DNA from: Deltaproteobacteria bacterium TL4
Lineage (GTDB): Bacteria > SAR324 > NAC60-12
NCBI GenBank assembly: GCA_051382335.1
Contig: JBBCAX010000062.1
Location: 1-42,375 of the forward strand
DNA: 42,375 nucleotides
Reading direction: 5' to 3'
Positions 30,125 through 37,928 of the stretch are shown here, piece after piece. The notes under the pieces were generated by a model. That model did no database searches. It was not told the DNA's origin and saw only the letters and a program-made list of their open reading frames with translations. Position numbers and translations under genes: made by a program. Position 1 is the stretch's first letter; every line of letters begins with the position of its first letter.

Positions 30125-30156
30125 ACCATGGGACCATGGGACCATGGGACCATGGG
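30125..30156. repeat. 8-bp tandem repeat (ACCATGGG)x4
   Basis: Four exact copies read directly from the sequence. Confidence 0.9.
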
Positions 30157-30304
30157 TGTCAGCTCAGGCTTTTCAGATATGCCCGTAAAAAGCTAATTCA
30201 ACCGAGGTATGCACGCTGGCGATAGTGAAGGTTTTCTGATATGCCGGAGGGGTTTATTGTAAGGTGGTGGCAGCTTTTTGAGCTGTGCAGGTGGTTTGAA
30301 AATT

Positions 30305-30407
30305 AATCACGAAAAACACGAAATAAATGATTTTTTAATAAATGAATTCCTCCGTGAAACCCTATTTTGCAGGTTTTCTTTCGTGTTTTTAGTATTTTTC
30401 GTGGTTT
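30305..30407. repeat. Imperfect inverted repeat (CACGAAAAACACGAAA ... TTTCGTGTTTT..TTTTTCGTGGTT)
   Basis: Read directly; intergenic. Confidence 0.55.
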
Positions 30408-30555
30408 TAAAAAGGTACCTGCACAGCTCGGAAATTTTCAGGTCCAAAATCTGCTTTGCTATTTCCCTTTCAAGGTTAGCATGGGATTTTTTAATTTTTT
30501 CCTCTGCTTTCATTTTTTAAAATCGCAACATCAGATCCGGTAGAGTCTATGCGGC

Positions 30556-31391
30556 TTAAGCCTCCAACCTTTGTTCGGTGCTTGTGTTCTCGAGCAACAT
30601 CGTCACAAAATTCAGATCATGAGCAACTAAGGTCCACGTCATTTTTGCAAGTCGCGTATAAAAATCGCGAAAAGAATGGAGTGACACCGCCTCAGCCATT
30701 ACTTCAGTCCATGAGCAAAGGTGTTGTTTAAGAAACGCTCGCTGCTGATAGAGTGCGCCATAAAATAAATTCCATTCTTCATGTTCCCAACCCTTGATTT
30801 CCTGAAAACAGAGAATACACATATGATTTCCATTTCACTGGAAATATGATCAGGCGTGGTAATGGAATTTTTCGGGGTCCTCGAATTTTCCTTTTGCGGA
30901 ATAAGCGGGTTGTATCGTCCTTTGAGAAAAGGGTTTTGACTAAAAGGATAGGGAGACATTCCAAGAACTTGCAGGTACTTCTTCCTCAAAAGGGTATACC
31001 GCTTTTCATGGTTAGAAGGAGCTGCCTCAGAGTAATCGGACTCATACAGAGAAACTTTGGACTGAGAAGGATTGCCCCCAAACAAGCGTTGATATTCCTG
31101 TTGAAAGGCTTCTAACCCACGGGGTTCAAGCTCTTCACAAACGTCCAAAAAAGCAGACCATTCCTTAAAAAAGTAAAAGTTGGACGCAGTTTCATCATAA
31201 TGCTGTCTCAGAAATTGGACGGAATCCTGAATGATCTCAAAAAGAGTTTGACTGGGGTAGAGATACCAAACGGACAAAAAGCGATAAGCAACGTGGCGAA
31301 ACAAGGCGATTTGCCCAGGAAGTATATGTTCATTAAAACCATGATAATATTGATTAAGGCTGTTATCCTTGTAAATAACTTGCAAATCCAT
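30556..31391 (-). pseudogene. TorD/DmsD-family molybdoenzyme maturation chaperone, frameshifted
   Basis: EYQRLF, LYESDY, PDHISSEME, then in another frame MCILC...QRAFLKQHLCSW...FYTRLA. Shift near 30824; GGAGG RBS before ATG 31391. Confidence 0.75.
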
Positions 31392-31425
31392 AGTTCTCCT
31401 CCAGTAATTCATGATGAGTTAAGGG

Positions 31426-31471
31426 TTCTGGACTTTGAACCTTTGTGTTTTCAAAGGTTCAAAGTCCAGAA
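31426..31471. repeat. Perfect 20-bp stem hairpin
   Basis: TTCTGGACTTTGAACCTTTG-tgtttt-CAAAGGTTCAAAGTCCAGAA. Confidence 0.9.
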
Positions 31472-31539
31472 GGGGCAAATCGGAATGACCTCTGTGAGGA
31501 TAAACTTGCATCAATCGAATAAATTAAGCAACAAAGTAA

Positions 31540-31560
31540 AACGGAAAAAAACGGAAAAAT
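31540..31560 (-). promoter_or_regulatory. Direct-repeat motif copy 1 (AACGGAAAAAAACGGAAAAAT), candidate transcription-factor site
   Basis: Identical 21-mer also at 33267 and 34407; on the minus strand it is followed 10 nt after the last CCG by TTGCTT. Confidence 0.6.
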
Positions 31561-31728
31561 CGAAGGGGAGGAATTGCTGAGAAAAAGAAACAATAAAATC
31601 AAAAGCCTTTGAGCGTTTTCGTTTTTACCTGGAAAAAACGGGAAATTTTCAGGGGTAGTTCATTTTTTGCGGATAGTTCACAAGTCAGGTTTCAGACTGT
31701 AGAATTCGGCTATCTTAGAGCTTATGCG

Positions 31729-31863
31729 GTTGTCTGAGAATAGACGAGGAGCCTGGGTAGGGTGCCGCTTAAGCGAAGCGAGCGTCCCAAAAATAAGGGG
31801 ACAGCGAGTTTTCTGGTGCGCTCGCTTCGCTAAAGCACACCCTACTTCACATTCTTGGACAGC
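31729..31863. repeat. REPIN-like element: inverted pair of GTAG-type REPs
   Basis: GTAGGGTGCCGCTTAAGCGAAGCGAGCGTCCCA (from 31757) vs TGGTGCGCTCGCTTCGCTAAAGCACACCCTAC (to 31845); weaker outer IR TTGTCTGAGAAT / ATTCTTGGACAG. Confidence 0.72.
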
Positions 31864-31931
31864 CCCACGATTTGCACACTTTGGTTGAAAAACGCGGAAC
31901 CCGTGACCTATCTAAAAAATCATTAATACCG

Positions 31932-32153
31932 TTATTTGGACTTACCCGGTTTTTTGGGTTCGTTTTTATCTGCCTGGAGACAATCCTCTCTCCAAAGACA
32001 TTGATTCTGCTCACAGATGTCAGAATTATTTGTAGCAAAACAGGCCTTGTTTCCTTCTTGCGTCTGCATTGCTTGGATCATTCCCTTTTTTGTTTTAGGA
32101 ACTACAGACAATCCTCTTTTCGTCGCAATTTCACGAACTTTATTGATCAGCAT
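31932..32153 (-). CDS. Small SAP/Rho-N-like domain protein with Cys-rich C-terminus
   Basis: VREIATKRGL..KKGMIQAMQTQEGNKACFAT..C..CLWREDC pattern; AGGAG RBS. Confidence 0.75.
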   Translation of the reverse strand: MLINKVREIATKRGLSVVPKTKKGMIQAMQTQEGNKACFATNNSDICEQNQCLWREDCLQADKNEPKKPGKSK

Positions 32154-32256
32154 AATGAATCTCCTTAAGGTTATCGAACTTTATGGGTAACTTGTCACTA
32201 CCGCAAAACAGCTACCCGCTTTTTAAAACCCTGCGTTATCAGTCTATTTATCAAAC

Positions 32257-32450
32257 TATAGCTGTTCATTTAAATAGTTTCAGAAAACTCATCCTGTTGC
32301 GAGATCCGTTGAAACAACGCTGTTTCAGGAGTGCCAAAGCTTGCTTTGGCCAGAAAGGCGATTGCCCTTCTTTGGCTTTGGCCAAAACACGCTTTGGCAC
32401 TCCACAGTCCAGGTTAGACTCTAATGAATTTATTTAAATGAACAGCTATA
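32257..32450. mobile_element. MITE/REPIN-like element, 194 bp, perfect 20-bp terminal inverted repeats
   Basis: TATAGCTGTTCATTTAAATA (32257-32276) and TATTTAAATGAACAGCTATA (32431-32450); internal inverted GGAGTGCCAAAGC..TTTGGC pair. Confidence 0.75.
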
Positions 32451-32809
32451 AAACCTGAGTGCCAAACGCTAATACCTATTTCACATAGCGAATAACTACT
32501 TCTATTTTTTGAAAATTTCAATGGTATTCAATCCGAAGGCAAAAAAAAATGGACAGAAACAAGAGCAATTCAAAGGAGTGACCCCCTTCCCCCTATTCCG
32601 AAGAGCGTCGTCTAACGCTATGGCTCCGGTGCAGATAAACGCCTATAATTTATAAAATACTTGAAAAATGGCTGGATTTCATTTCCGCTCAAACATCCTG
32701 CTGAGTTACTGAGTCAACAGCATATCTTCTTATTCCAGCGATTTTTAGTGCGGTTCATCAATATTTTTTATCTGCGTTTATCTGCGAAAATCAACGTCAT
32801 ACGCTTTAT

Positions 32810-33067
32810 TTAATTATACGATAAACGTTTTGAAATTTCAAAGTAAGAAGAAAGCGGACGTTTGCTGCTAAATTTTCTTCCATTCCACTTGGCATAACTT
32901 TCAACAAATTTGCGTAACCAACTATCACTGTTATCTTGCGGCAAAATCCAATCCACCTCTCGTAAGGCGATATATTTCTCAAGATCACCAACCAAATCAT
33001 CGAATTCCCCATCATCCAGATTTTGACAGTTGACGGTCCAGTATTTAATTTCGCTAGGCTGTTCCAT
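32810..33067 (-). CDS. Hypothetical protein (85 aa)
   Basis: ORF with GAGGG RBS before ATG 33067; no recognised domain. Confidence 0.5.
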   Translation of the reverse strand: MEQPSEIKYWTVNCQNLDDGEFDDLVGDLEKYIALREVDWILPQDNSDSWLRKFVESYAKWNGRKFSSKRPLSSYFEISKRLSYN

Positions 33068-33261
33068 AGTTCCCTCTCTGTTAGTTAGTTTTGATTTCTT
33101 TTTTAATTTCACTCTTCAAGGATGCCTCTCTCCCCTTTCCCCTTTTCTATTCACATTTCATCTCCTTTTATTGCTTTTATCATTTTTTGAAATGTGTCAA
33201 TTTTTTTTTATCTCAATCACTCCCTCTTGCTATATCATGATAACAACGCACATTGCAATGT

Positions 33262-33289
33262 AACTTAACGGAAAAAAACGGAAAAATAG
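33262..33289 (-). promoter_or_regulatory. Direct-repeat motif copy 2
   Basis: AACTTAACGGAAAAAAACGGAAAAATAG, 28 bp identical to copy 3; followed on the minus strand by TTGCAA and TGATATAGC. Confidence 0.6.
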
Positions 33290-33357
33290 CAACTGTCCTC
33301 TGAGCGGGTAAAACAACACCTGCTCTCAGGTGGAAACAAGCTCACTCAATTCCGCAG

Positions 33358-33774
33358 CTATTTTTTCAGGTATAGATTAAATTTTGGATATAACCTTTCC
33401 GCGCATTCGGGACAAATCCCGTGACTGAATTCAGCCTCAGTTCTGTCACGGATATACACTTCCATTTGATTCCAGTCACCTTTGTCATCCCTGATTTTTT
33501 TGCAAGAAGCACATATCTGCAGTATTCCCTCAAGGTATTTCATTTTTTGAAACAGCCTCCACGTAACGGAAACGATAAAAGCCCCTAAAACGGATATGAT
33601 GACGCTTTCAAACAGGGATTCTCTCCAGTTTATGGGAGTTGGTGGAGCACCCAAAAGGAGATAGGGCAGATCTATTAACTCATCGAGCCAAATTACTAAT
33701 ATTATAAATAAAAACGCAATCACTTCATAAACAACGACTCGCTTTGAAACAAAATGCTTCCCTGGAGATTCCAT
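33358..33774 (-). CDS. Two-TM membrane protein with C-terminal CxxCKKIR...SHGICPEC metal-binding domain
   Basis: ICASCKKIRDDKGDW...FSHGICPEC, a domain often appended to signalling proteins. Confidence 0.75.
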   Translation of the reverse strand: MESPGKHFVSKRVVVYEVIAFLFIILVIWLDELIDLPYLLLGAPPTPINWRESLFESVIISVLGAFIVSVTWRLFQKMKYLEGILQICASCKKIRDDKGDWNQMEVYIRDRTEAEFSHGICPECAERLYPKFNLYLKK

Positions 33775-33828
33775 AAGAGTTGCCTCAACAATCAAGCACA
33801 ACGTTCAAATTAAAGATTTTCAAGGACA

Positions 33829-34209
33829 CTAAGCCGCATCCGCCTGAAGCATAGCGGCTATGATATTTAACAATTTCGGGAGCGGAAAAGGTTTTTCGCA
33901 AACATGATCTGCGCCACACTGCTTGGCGATACTCAACGCATAATCCGCATCCCAATGAAGCCCTCCACCGGACATGGCGATAATTTTTTGCTCAGGCTTA
34001 GTTTTCTTGAATTCTAGAATGCTCTCCAGACCATCTTTTTCTGGCATGTAAATATCGGTGATGACCAGATCACAAGGGTGTTGATGATAGAGTGCCGCCC
34101 CCTGTAAACCTTCGGCAGCAGCAATCACCTCATAACCTTCATCCTCAAGCGCCATCTTTAGCAATTTTCGCAGCGAGTCATCATCATCTATCAGTAAAAT
34201 GCGCTTCAT
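33829..34209 (-). CDS. Single-domain response regulator (receiver)
   Basis: ILLIDDD, DLVITDIYMPEKDG, IIAMSG, KPF. Confidence 0.92.
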   Translation of the reverse strand: MKRILLIDDDDSLRKLLKMALEDEGYEVIAAAEGLQGAALYHQHPCDLVITDIYMPEKDGLESILEFKKTKPEQKIIAMSGGGLHWDADYALSIAKQCGADHVCEKPFPLPKLLNIIAAMLQADAA

Positions 34210-34401
34210 GATCTGGCTCACTCCGAGTATCGATGTCATTACGATCATAGTGCCTGTTAATAAAGAGTTGTAAAATCAGCGGGAACGGAATTCTGCACTC
34301 CCGTTTGTTGGCTTTCATTGGCTGAAGTTGAACTCAGGCCTCAGCGTCAGAACTCATGAACATGGCTCCATGTTGACTCAAAAGAGCGCAGATCACAAGG
34401 A

Positions 34402-34429
34402 AACTTAACGGAAAAAAACGGAAAAATAG
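34402..34429 (-). promoter_or_regulatory. Direct-repeat motif copy 3
   Basis: Same 28-mer as copy 2; followed on the minus strand by TTGTGA-17 bp-CAACAT. Confidence 0.6.
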
Positions 34430-34548
34430 GAGAGTAGTGACTTTCAGGGGATTGTTAGAATTTCTTCACAAACTGGCGGCGCAGGCTCTCAGGACTGCTT
34501 CAAAGCGTTCGCAATACTTCTTGCCTGGTTTTTAAGATCTCCCACAGC

Positions 34549-35775
34549 TTACGAAATGTTTTTGAACAGGGTGATGAAGGTCATCATGGTGGAGATCTCA
34601 CTCACCATCAGTTTGCCTGCCATAAAAGCAAATTCAGGCTGCACCTTTCCCAGGGCCATATCCACGTAAGTTTCCGCGTCTGTTTCAACAACGCACTGAG
34701 GTTCGCCATGAAGTTCTGACAGAGGTTGACACTGGTTTTGATCAATAATGACGGTATAATTGCCTCCACCTTGTCCGGAGATCTTGAAATGAACAATGAT
34801 GGAAACACCGTTCGCCTTGTCGGCTAAAAAACGAGCCGGGAGCGTATGGAGGATGGCTTCAACGGTTTGAGGCCCCGTGAGGGTTTCGGCTTTCTCAACA
34901 GGGATTTCGATGGTTGGTTGAGTTTTTTGCGGTTCTGGAGCATCCGGTCTTTCGTTAGGAAAGGCCGACAGATTTTGATGTTCAACAGGGGGATAGATGG
35001 GAGAATACAGAGATTCGGCACCATCAACTTTCAGGGTTTCCCCGGTGATGAATGAAGAGGCTGGTGAAAGTAAAAATATAATAGCGGCTGCCACTTCGGC
35101 TTCAGTTCCCAGGCGGTTGGTCTGGTTGTTTTTCCCTGCGGAGAGCACATAAGGTTTAAATTCAGGCCCATAATTGTCCAAACCGCTGGAATGAATCACT
35201 CCGGGAGCCACCGCGTTGACACGAACTCCAAAACGTCCCCACTCTACTGAAAGGCTTTTGGTGAGATTATCCACGCCGGCCCGGGCTGCGCCGGTGTGAG
35301 ACATCATGGGAAAGCCATTCCACATATTGGCGATCACATTGACAATCGCTCCGCCTTTTGCTTTGAATTGTTGTTTGAACACTTCCTGAGACATAAAAAA
35401 GGTACCGGTCAAATTGGTTTCTATCACCGCGTGCCAGCCTTTTCGGTTGATGAATTCGGCTGGAGAGGGAAATTGTCCGCCAGCGTTATTGACGAGGTAG
35501 TCAATTTTCCCTGCCAGTTTGACGGTTTCTTGAACACACTGCGCCACACTGTCTTCCTCTCGGATATTGCAAAGCAGGGTATGAGCCTTTGCGCCATCGG
35601 CTTTAAGCTGTTCCAGGGCTGTATCGAGTTTGGACTGTTTTCGGCTGGCAATAACCACGGTTGCTCCAAGCTGAGCCAGTTCTCTGGCAGTTCGAAGACC
35701 GATGCCTGTTCCTCCGCCTGTGATCAACGCGACTTTGTCTTTAAATAAGTCTTTACGAAAAATACTGTTCAGCAT
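34549..35775 (-). CDS. SDR oxidoreductase (AtuB/trans-2-enoyl-CoA reductase-like) fused to a C-terminal SCP2 lipid-binding domain
   Basis: TGGGTGIG, NNAGGQFP, HTGAARAG; C-terminal F.ISGQGGGNY...AFMAGKL SCP2 pattern. Confidence 0.85.
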   Translation of the reverse strand: MLNSIFRKDLFKDKVALITGGGTGIGLRTARELAQLGATVVIASRKQSKLDTALEQLKADGAKAHTLLCNIREEDSVAQCVQETVKLAGKIDYLVNNAGGQFPSPAEFINRKGWHAVIETNLTGTFFMSQEVFKQQFKAKGGAIVNVIANMWNGFPMMSHTGAARAGVDNLTKSLSVEWGRFGVRVNAVAPGVIHSSGLDNYGPEFKPYVLSAGKNNQTNRLGTEAEVAAAIIFLLSPASSFITGETLKVDGAESLYSPIYPPVEHQNLSAFPNERPDAPEPQKTQPTIEIPVEKAETLTGPQTVEAILHTLPARFLADKANGVSIIVHFKISGQGGGNYTVIIDQNQCQPLSELHGEPQCVVETDAETYVDMALGKVQPEFAFMAGKLMVSEISTMMTFITLFKNIS

Positions 35776-35792
35776 GTTGTTAAGCTCCTCAA

Positions 35793-36950
35793 TTATTCCA
35801 TATCTGTGATTTTGCAGATGATCTCATTCATGATTTCATTGGTCCCCCCCCCAATTCCCAGAATGCGGCTGTCTCGATATAAACGTTCCACCACCGTTTC
35901 CCGCATATAGCCCATGCCTCCATGAATCTGAACCGCTTCATCCACAACAAAGTCACACGCTTCCACGGCAAAATTTTTGGCAATGGAAACTTCCTTGATG
36001 CAGCTTTGGCCGGAATTCATTTTATCCGCCACACTGTAAGTATATTCTTTGGCGACATCCACTTTTGTCAGCATTTTTGCGAGTTTATGCCGGATGACCT
36101 GATTTGCGATTAAAGGTTGCCCAAAAGCCGTACGCTGTTTGGCATATTTGAGGGATTCTTCCAACGCGATTTCAGCGGTAGTGTACGCCATCACCGCGAT
36201 GGCCAAACGTTCCGCCTCAAAATTTTGCATGATGATGTGAAAACCACTCCCCTCCTCCCCAATCAAGTTACGGACAGGAACCCGGCAATCCTGAAATGAC
36301 AACTCCGCGGTATCGGAACAGCGCCAGCCCATTTTTTTTAATCTTCGGGACACGTGAAAACCCGGGCTATTTGCTTCAATCACCAGCATTGAAATGCCAC
36401 CGTAACCGGAACTTCCGGTGCGAACCGCAGCCGTAATGATATCGGCCCGGCTGCCACTGGTGATGAACATTTTCGCGCCATTGACGATGTAATGCTCCCC
36501 ATCACGAACGGCCTTGGTCTGAAGGCCCGCGACATCCGAACCCGTATTGGGTTCCGTAATGGCAAGTGCCGCGATTTTATCGCCTTTCAATACCGGTGGA
36601 ATAAACTTTTGTTTTTGTTCTTCCGTTCCCATTCTGTGAATGGGAGGGAGTCCGATACAGTGGGAGCCCAAACCGGCGGCAATGCCACCGGAGGTACTCC
36701 GGATTAATTCCTCTGTGACCACAACAGAATGCAAAAGGTCTGATTCAACGCCACCATACTTTTCATCAAAACCAACCGAAAGAATTCCACATTCAGCGGC
36801 TTTATGATAAAGCTCCCGGGGAAACAATTCCGCTTCTTCCCATTCCTGAAGATGGGGCAGAATTTCACGTTTCACAAACTCCCGAACGGTTTGACGCAAA
36901 AGATGATGACTTTCATTAAATAAATTTTTTGCGGGCATGAGGTTCTCCAT
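35793..36950 (-). CDS. Acyl-CoA dehydrogenase
   Basis: ALAITEPNTGSD, NGAKMFIT, QIHGGMGY, IGGGTNEI. Confidence 0.95.
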   Translation of the reverse strand: MENLMPAKNLFNESHHLLRQTVREFVKREILPHLQEWEEAELFPRELYHKAAECGILSVGFDEKYGGVESDLLHSVVVTEELIRSTSGGIAAGLGSHCIGLPPIHRMGTEEQKQKFIPPVLKGDKIAALAITEPNTGSDVAGLQTKAVRDGEHYIVNGAKMFITSGSRADIITAAVRTGSSGYGGISMLVIEANSPGFHVSRRLKKMGWRCSDTAELSFQDCRVPVRNLIGEEGSGFHIIMQNFEAERLAIAVMAYTTAEIALEESLKYAKQRTAFGQPLIANQVIRHKLAKMLTKVDVAKEYTYSVADKMNSGQSCIKEVSIAKNFAVEACDFVVDEAVQIHGGMGYMRETVVERLYRDSRILGIGGGTNEIMNEIICKITDME

Positions 36951-36952
36951 CC

Positions 36953-37855
36953 TTAGGCGAGGCCATAGATTGCTCGGGTTTCAGCGGGGGTCGCGATTTC
37001 GCGCCCGGTTTCTCTAACAATTTTGACCAAGGCTTCAACCAGGGCTCCATTAGAGTTCGTTTTTTCTCCATCGGGAAGATAAAAGGTATCTTCAACCCCT
37101 GTTCTTACGTTGCCGCCCAATTCTGCGCATTTACGATGCAAATCCCATATTTCCTGCCGTCCAATGGCGATGACTTGCCAAGGGGTCCCGGGATTCAGTT
37201 CCTCCACCAGTAAAGGCAACCATGGGGCCTTGGCAGGCATCCCACTGGCAACGCCCATCACGAAAGAAACGGAGAAAGGCGATTTGAGGATTCCATTGGC
37301 TTCAAACATGGGAACGCTTCGAACAATGCCTGTATCAAACGATTCACATTCCGGCATGACGTTCAGTCGATTCATAGCTGCCAAATATTTCTCAATTTTG
37401 CCAACAGCGTTATCGAAAACAATAGGAGGCCAAGCCCAGGTTCCATCTTGTTTGATTTTAAGATAATTCAAGGAGCCTGAATTCATAGCCGCCATTTCAG
37501 GTTTAACCCGTTCCAAACAAGCCAGCGGTCCAGAGATATCGTCGCCCATAATGCCCGTCGACATATTGATGATGATTTGAGGCACACGAGCTCTAATGGC
37601 GTCGCAAATGTTTTCCACCACCTCAACATCCCAGGTTGGATATCGTCCCATCCCGGGCATTTGATTACGAAAATGACAGTGAACAATACTGGCCCCAGCA
37701 TTATAGGCCTCTTCTGCCGCATCCGCCATTTCTTCAGGGGTGACAGGAACCTTGTAGGCTTTAGGATCGGTCAATACACCCGTTAAGGCGCAGGTTACGA
37801 CGGCTTTGTTACTTGCACTCATAGTCTCTCCATTCAATAATTCGGTTGCCTTCAT
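36953..37855 (-). CDS. Beta-keto acid cleavage enzyme (3-keto-5-aminohexanoate cleavage/DUF849 family)
   Basis: TCALTG, PVTPEE, VHCHFR, NMSTG, GGNVRTGVED. Confidence 0.9.
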   Translation of the reverse strand: MKATELLNGETMSASNKAVVTCALTGVLTDPKAYKVPVTPEEMADAAEEAYNAGASIVHCHFRNQMPGMGRYPTWDVEVVENICDAIRARVPQIIINMSTGIMGDDISGPLACLERVKPEMAAMNSGSLNYLKIKQDGTWAWPPIVFDNAVGKIEKYLAAMNRLNVMPECESFDTGIVRSVPMFEANGILKSPFSVSFVMGVASGMPAKAPWLPLLVEELNPGTPWQVIAIGRQEIWDLHRKCAELGGNVRTGVEDTFYLPDGEKTNSNGALVEALVKIVRETGREIATPAETRAIYGLA

Positions 37856-37928
37856 TTATGTAGTGTGCCTTTGTGAGCTCTTTATGTTTAAAATTAGGGG
37901 CGTCCCTCTGCGTTCCTCCGCGGCCAAG

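Noticed and set aside
29927..30153. 5' part of the 377-aa ORF (MVPWSHGP...)
   Set aside because: Derived from the 8-bp repeat and intergenic DNA; CheB similarity starts in another frame at 29926.
27290..31391. Programmed frameshifting in the cheB/cheR, kinase and torD-like genes
   Set aside because: Multiple shifts plus large deletions and truncations indicate decay; no convincing slippery site with a stimulatory structure was seen.
32631..32785. 12-bp inverted repeat GCAGATAAACGC / GCGTTTATCTGC
   Set aside because: Probably another degenerate intergenic palindromic repeat, but too short to define an element confidently.
31540..34429. Three identical 21-mers as a CRISPR-like or attachment-site array
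   Set aside because: Spaced more than 1 kb apart with genes between them; no integrase or cas gene; better explained as regulatory sites.
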